From an uncultured Gemmatimonadales bacterium (GTDB taxonomy: Bacteria; Gemmatimonadota; Gemmatimonadetes; Longimicrobiales; RSA9), in assembly GCA_963798085.1 (NCBI GenBank), contig CAWCRS010000009.1, forward strand, positions 64,001 to 128,000: a stretch of DNA of 64,000 nucleotides, written 5' to 3'. Positions 61,604 through 64,000 of the stretch are shown in pieces. Position 1 is the stretch's first letter. Each line of letters opens with the position of its first letter. The notes beneath the pieces are model-generated. The model had not been told where the DNA came from and ran no database searches. It saw only the letters and a list, made by a program, of their open reading frames with translations. Both the position numbers and the translations under genes were made by a program.

Positions 61604-62605
61604 ATGTTCACGCGCTGCGTCTTCTGCCACGTGACACTGCCGGCCAACGAGCTGGTGGAGCGGTTCCCGCATGGACGTCGCATTGCGTTCGATCCGGAGC
61701 GGGGCCGGCTCTGGGTCGTGTGTCCGGCGTGCAGCCGCTGGAACCTCGCGCCCATTGAGGAACGCTGGGAGGCGCTGGAAGAGCTGGAGCGCACCGCACG
61801 CGACCGCGGCAGACTGCTCTCGCAGACCGACAACATTGCGCTGATCCGTGCGGGTGAGATCGAACTGGTGCGCGTCGGCAAGGCGACCCGGCTGCCCGAG
61901 GAAGCGTGGTGGCGCTACGGCAGGGAGCTGCAGAAGCGACGCTCGCGGCACACGCTCGTCTCCATCCTGGAAACCAGCGCGATGGTCGGCCTCAGTCTCA
62001 CCATGGGCGGCTTCTACTGGTATTACGGTGGCAGCTTCGCCAACAACTTCCTGCGCTGGCGCGAGTACGGCAGCACGGCATGGCGAGGTTATCTCCAATG
62101 CCCACGCTGTGGCAGTCTGATCGAAGAACTGAAATTCAACCAGGCCAAACGCATTGTGGTGCTGCCGGAGGCGGACGGCGTGGTGCTTGCCCTGCGCTGC
62201 CGGAATTGCGCCTACGTGGACACGTCCGGCCAGTTGCGCCTCGAGGGCAACACGGCGCAGCACGTGCTCCGGCGTGTACTCGCCTGGCAGAATTATGCAG
62301 GCGCGAGCGATGCGCAGGTGCGCGAAGCGACGCATGCCATCGAAACGGCCGGCAGCGCCGAAATGTTCACCCGCGGCATCGTGAGCACGCCTCTCACTCT
62401 GGATGAGCTGCGCAAGAAACAGAACCGCACGCGCGCCATCGGCCTGGAAATCGCCCTCAACGATGACGCCGAACGCCGACTGCTCGAGCTGGAGCTGTCG
62501 GAGCTGGAGGCGAGATGGCGGGAGGAGGAGGAGCTGGCGTCCATCGTCGACAACGAGCTGACGCCCGTGCCGGCCTTGGAGAAGTTGCGGCGAATGCTGC
62601 GTTAA
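61604..62605 (+). CDS. Hypothetical protein with two CxxC-CxxC zinc ribbons
   Basis: CVFC..CPAC, CPRC..CRNC; acidic coiled-coil C-terminus. Confidence 0.75.
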   Translation: MFTRCVFCHVTLPANELVERFPHGRRIAFDPERGRLWVVCPACSRWNLAPIEERWEALEELERTARDRGRLLSQTDNIALIRAGEIELVRVGKATRLPEEAWWRYGRELQKRRSRHTLVSILETSAMVGLSLTMGGFYWYYGGSFANNFLRWREYGSTAWRGYLQCPRCGSLIEELKFNQAKRIVVLPEADGVVLALRCRNCAYVDTSGQLRLEGNTAQHVLRRVLAWQNYAGASDAQVREATHAIETAGSAEMFTRGIVSTPLTLDELRKKQNRTRAIGLEIALNDDAERRLLELELSELEARWREEEELASIVDNELTPVPALEKLRRMLR

Positions 62606-62820
62606 CGGGGAGCGTTCTGCGGGCTGGCTCACTCGACTGCCTGTCGCCCCGGAAGCGGCTGCGCTCGCCCTGGCACGGCGCTGCGGCACACCCGGGCTTC
62701 GGCGGCATCTTCGTCCTTCGCGTCGGCACCCGCAGAACCGTCTCGCCGAATCGCAGAGGCCGTGCTCGCCAGCGCCTCGTAATGATCTGTTAGAGTCTGG
62801 AGAACCGGATCGCCCGAGGC

Positions 62821-63669
62821 TCAACCCAACAGGATGACATTCCCATCCGGATCCCGGACGGACAGGCCATCCGGACGCTCTTCCGCACGGATACCCTTCG
62901 CCGCAAGCCGCGCGACCAGCTCCTCCCGCGCCGCGGTGGAAGGCAGCACGACTTCATAATCAATGAGGCCGGCATCGTGCGGGGACTGGGGCCGGTGGGC
63001 CCAGGTGTTGAGGCCGATGTGATGGTGGTAGCCGCCCGCGGCGACGAAGAGGGCACCGGGGAAATTGCGCTCGGTGACGGCGAAACCGAGCGCGTCGGCG
63101 TAAAAGGCTTCGGCGCGCGCCAGGTCGGTGACGTGCAGGTGCACGTGGCCCATGCGCGGCGCATCGGCTGGAGCTGCTGCGGACTGCTCGCCGGCGTGGA
63201 GCACGCTCTCCAGGTCCAGCCGCCGTGTGTACATCACGATGCGCTCGCCCTCACGGGGCCACTCGGCGCGCGGCCGGTCGGCGTACAGCTCGATGCCGTT
63301 GCCATCGGCATCCGTGAGATACGCCGCCTCACTGACGCCATGGTCAGCGAAGCCGGTGAAGGGCCAGCGCGCGTCGATCAGGCGGCGCAGTGCGCGGCCC
63401 AGCGCTCCACGGTCCGGGTACAGCAGCGCGAAGTGGTACAGGCCGAGCGTGCCTTCCGGACGCTCCTGCACGCCAGCCGCTTCCGTCAGCGCGAGCAAGG
63501 GCGTGCCCGCCGCGTCTGCGGACAGCGTGACGGACGTTGCCGGCGTGGTCGCCGGCTCCATTCCCAGCAGGCTCTGGTACAGCTGCAGTGCGTGCGCCAC
63601 GGAAGCCACGCGCAGGTGCACGCGCCCAATGTGCGTGTCCGCCGGCAGCAGGTTCTGCGTTTCCAACAT
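62821..63669 (-). CDS. VOC family catechol 2,3-dioxygenase-like (CatE-type)
   Basis: GLYHFAL, DHGVSEA.YL.D.DGNGIELYAD, GGYHHHIGLNTW. Confidence 0.9.
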   Translation of the reverse strand: MLETQNLLPADTHIGRVHLRVASVAHALQLYQSLLGMEPATTPATSVTLSADAAGTPLLALTEAAGVQERPEGTLGLYHFALLYPDRGALGRALRRLIDARWPFTGFADHGVSEAAYLTDADGNGIELYADRPRAEWPREGERIVMYTRRLDLESVLHAGEQSAAAPADAPRMGHVHLHVTDLARAEAFYADALGFAVTERNFPGALFVAAGGYHHHIGLNTWAHRPQSPHDAGLIDYEVVLPSTAAREELVARLAAKGIRAEERPDGLSVRDPDGNVILLG

Positions 63670-63693
63670 ACCGTTAGTCCCTCATGATGCGGC

Positions 63694-64000
63694 TCAGCGG
63701 CGCACGCCCACCATCAGCTGCAGCCCGATATCCGGACTGTAATGCAGCAGTCCCTTGATGGCGGTCAGGGAGACAAAAGTGCGCTCGCCGCCACGCAGTC
63801 CCACGCGGATTTCGCTCAGGTCTTCATCGCCGCGCACGAAGCTGCTGTGCAGGTCGGTCTGACCGGTGAACGCGCCCGAGGAAGTGAGCGGGCCGAGTTT
63901 CGCGTCAATGTTGAAGCCGTATGTGAGCACGTCCAGCTGATCGATGCTGGCTGTGCGCGTGCCCAGGATACCCAGTCCCGCGTCCCCGCCCACGCTGAAG
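63694..64000 (-). CDS. C-terminal part of a hypothetical beta-rich (possibly outer-membrane) protein
   Basis: Frame open to the window edge; alternating hydrophobic strands ending LQLMVGVRR. Confidence 0.5.
   Translation of the reverse strand, partial: FSVGGDAGLGILGTRTASIDQLDVLTYGFNIDAKLGPLTSSGAFTGQTDLHSSFVRGDEDLSEIRVGLRGGERTFVSLTAIKGLLHYSPDIGLQLMVGVRR

Overview
High-GC chromosomal window. The gene content (ADOP/PadR permeases, kinase-TPR protein, S9 peptidases, TonB-dependent receptor, EcxA-like metalloprotease) suggests Gemmatimonadota; this is an inference. It holds about 50 CDS: housekeeping genes (gdhA, addA/addB-like helicase-nuclease, pdxH, panB, thrC-like, ridA) and many secreted, lipoprotein or regulatory genes. 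No rRNA, tRNA, CRISPR array, cas gene or transposase is recognisable. The main signals are non-coding. (1) A ~660-nt intergenic region (14684-15342, +) shows dense nested and long-range base-pairing plus a possible pseudoknot, and is a candidate large structured ncRNA that I cannot assign to a known class. (2) The panB-thrC-moaD operon has a stacked leader: sigma70-like promoter, SAM-II riboswitch, terminator, Met/Cys-rich leader peptide, then a second long hairpin. (3) A second structured intergenic segment lies at about 56.1-56.4 kb. (4) There is a dispersed REP/MITE-like repeat family and a complex tandem/inverted repeat at 30.2-30.7 kb. An Ig-like repeat protein also carries two isolated DUF1559-type motifs. 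Many genes have single-base frameshifts, most likely long-read indel errors.
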